Part shown: in pieces, positions 63,143 through 64,000 of the stretch | How the letters are laid out: each line of letters begins with the position of its first letter | Position numbering within the stretch: the stretch's first letter is position 1 | IMG/VR virus record: IMGVR_UViG_2825118518_000002 | Coordinates: 50,217 to 114,216 of that record | DNA length: 64,000 nt | Origin: a virus | Lineage: Duplodnaviria > Caudoviricetes | Reading direction: 5' to 3' (one strand) | Program-made: the position numbers and the translations under genes | The notes under the pieces: generated by a model | What the model saw: only the letters and a program-made list of their open reading frames with translations | What the model was told of the DNA's origin: nothing | Databases searched by the model: none

Positions 63143-63177
63143 TCGGTCCGGTGGTCAATCGGTCCGCAAACGGTCCG
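63141..63177. repeat. Integrase arm-type sites (right end)
   Basis: AATCGGTCCG at 63141 and CGGTCCGCAAACGGTCCG at 63160-63177. Confidence 0.85.
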
Positions 63178-63250
63178 AGACGTTGAAATGAAGCTTTATT
63201 TGATTTCGGGAATGTGGTAAATTACGTGAATTAAATCAGTAGTTTACGGC

Positions 63251-63327
63251 TGGTCGGAGTGGAGTGATTCGAACACTCGACCCCCACGTCCCGAACGTGG
63301 TGCGCTACCAGACTGCGCTACACTCCG
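63251..63327 (-). tRNA. tRNA-Pro (anticodon CGG), integration target; includes most of the right att core 63249-63297
   Basis: CGGAGTGTAGCGCAGTCTGGTAGCGCACCACGTTCGGGACGTGGGGGTCGAGTGTTCGAATCACTCCACTCCGACCA folds as a full cloverleaf with CCA. Confidence 0.97.
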
Positions 63328-63592
63328 TGACCAGCGGCGCTTCTATAGAACAGCCTATCTGGTTGCACAAGCACCAAATTCCAAAAATCCGGTGGAATTT
63401 TTGACGGGTTGATGACAGGGCGCGGCGGTGCGCTGCTGCAGCAAAAAGACACACCCGGAGCAAATCGTCGGGAAGTGCGACGGGGGCAATTTTCTTTTGC
63501 CGGGTTCCGCGCTAAAGGGCTCGACGGGACAGGCGAAACCGCGCGTAGAGAGCGGATTCGCAGCCACTGCGCTAGAGACCAGGGACAACACG

Positions 63593-64000
63593 ATGAAACT
63601 CCGCACCATCACCGCGGCCGGGCTTGCAATTGGGCTTGCCGGATGCACCACCATTCCTTCCGCCGGCAATCCGATCGAGGCCCGCTGGGTCGGCAAATCG
63701 GCCGGCATCTTCTTTGCCGCCTACGGGCCGCCGCTCAGCGACCGCGAGGAAGGCGCAACCACCGTCTATACCTGGCGCGGCGGCTACAAGACCGTGCGCA
63801 TTCCGGCCAAATATGCCGAAGGCGCCGACGGCAAGCGCGGCAAGCAGATCGCGTCCGCCCGCACCGCCTATCTGCGCTGCCAGGCCGAAATTACCACCAG
63901 CTCGGATTACACGATCCGCGACATCCGCACCGTCGCCGACATTCCCGGCGTCAACGGTCCGTCCTATTGCGCCGAGTTCCTGGCGCCGGAACAGAAGTAA
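63593..64000 (+). CDS. Host lipoprotein (hypothetical)
   Basis: Signal peptide with LAGC lipobox; host-like codon usage; stop at 64000. Confidence 0.8.
   Translation: MKLRTITAAGLAIGLAGCTTIPSAGNPIEARWVGKSAGIFFAAYGPPLSDREEGATTVYTWRGGYKTVRIPAKYAEGADGKRGKQIASARTAYLRCQAEITTSSDYTIRDIRTVADIPGVNGPSYCAEFLAPEQK

Larger units (their letters stand above)
9139..63297. mobile_element. Apparently complete P22-like temperate podovirus prophage (~54 kb) integrated in tRNA-Pro(CGG)
   Basis: 49-bp direct repeats at both ends; int/xis, CI/Cro, terminase, P22-type portal and coat, ejection proteins, tail fibres and lysis genes all present as intact ORFs. Confidence 0.95.

Overview
GC-rich alphaproteobacterial (Rhizobium/Agrobacterium-like, by inference) chromosome segment. 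It is dominated by an apparently complete ~54 kb P22-like temperate podovirus prophage (about 9139-63297) integrated in the 3' half of tRNA-Pro(CGG). A 49-bp att core is seen at both ends, with xis and a tyrosine integrase at the right end. The prophage has a CI/Cro switch with recognisable 19-bp operators, RecE/RecT, DnaB, two DNA methyltransferases, terminase/portal/scaffold/coat, ejection proteins, tail fibres, an SGNH esterase, a GH19 lysis cassette and five HNH genes. Positions 1-9138 look like the lysis/cargo end of a second phage-like element stacked at the same tRNA (T5 A1-like phosphoesterase, GH108 lysin, spanins, LexA-box operon, HEPN-like gene). The most striking unexplained signal is a ~145-nt non-coding element at 11472-11616 (- strand) made of two tandem circularly permuted tRNA-like domains. 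Each has T-arm, loop-closed acceptor stub and D-arm, with no anticodon loop and no CCA end, and an outer stem closes both. This is a YrlA/Y-RNA-like 'double elbow', yet I see no Ro60 gene in the window. Other highlights: an Acb2/Tad1-like sponge candidate, recoded gene ends beside free-standing homing endonucleases, and several hairpin-dense non-coding regions. All product calls come from motif recognition by eye; no database searches were run.
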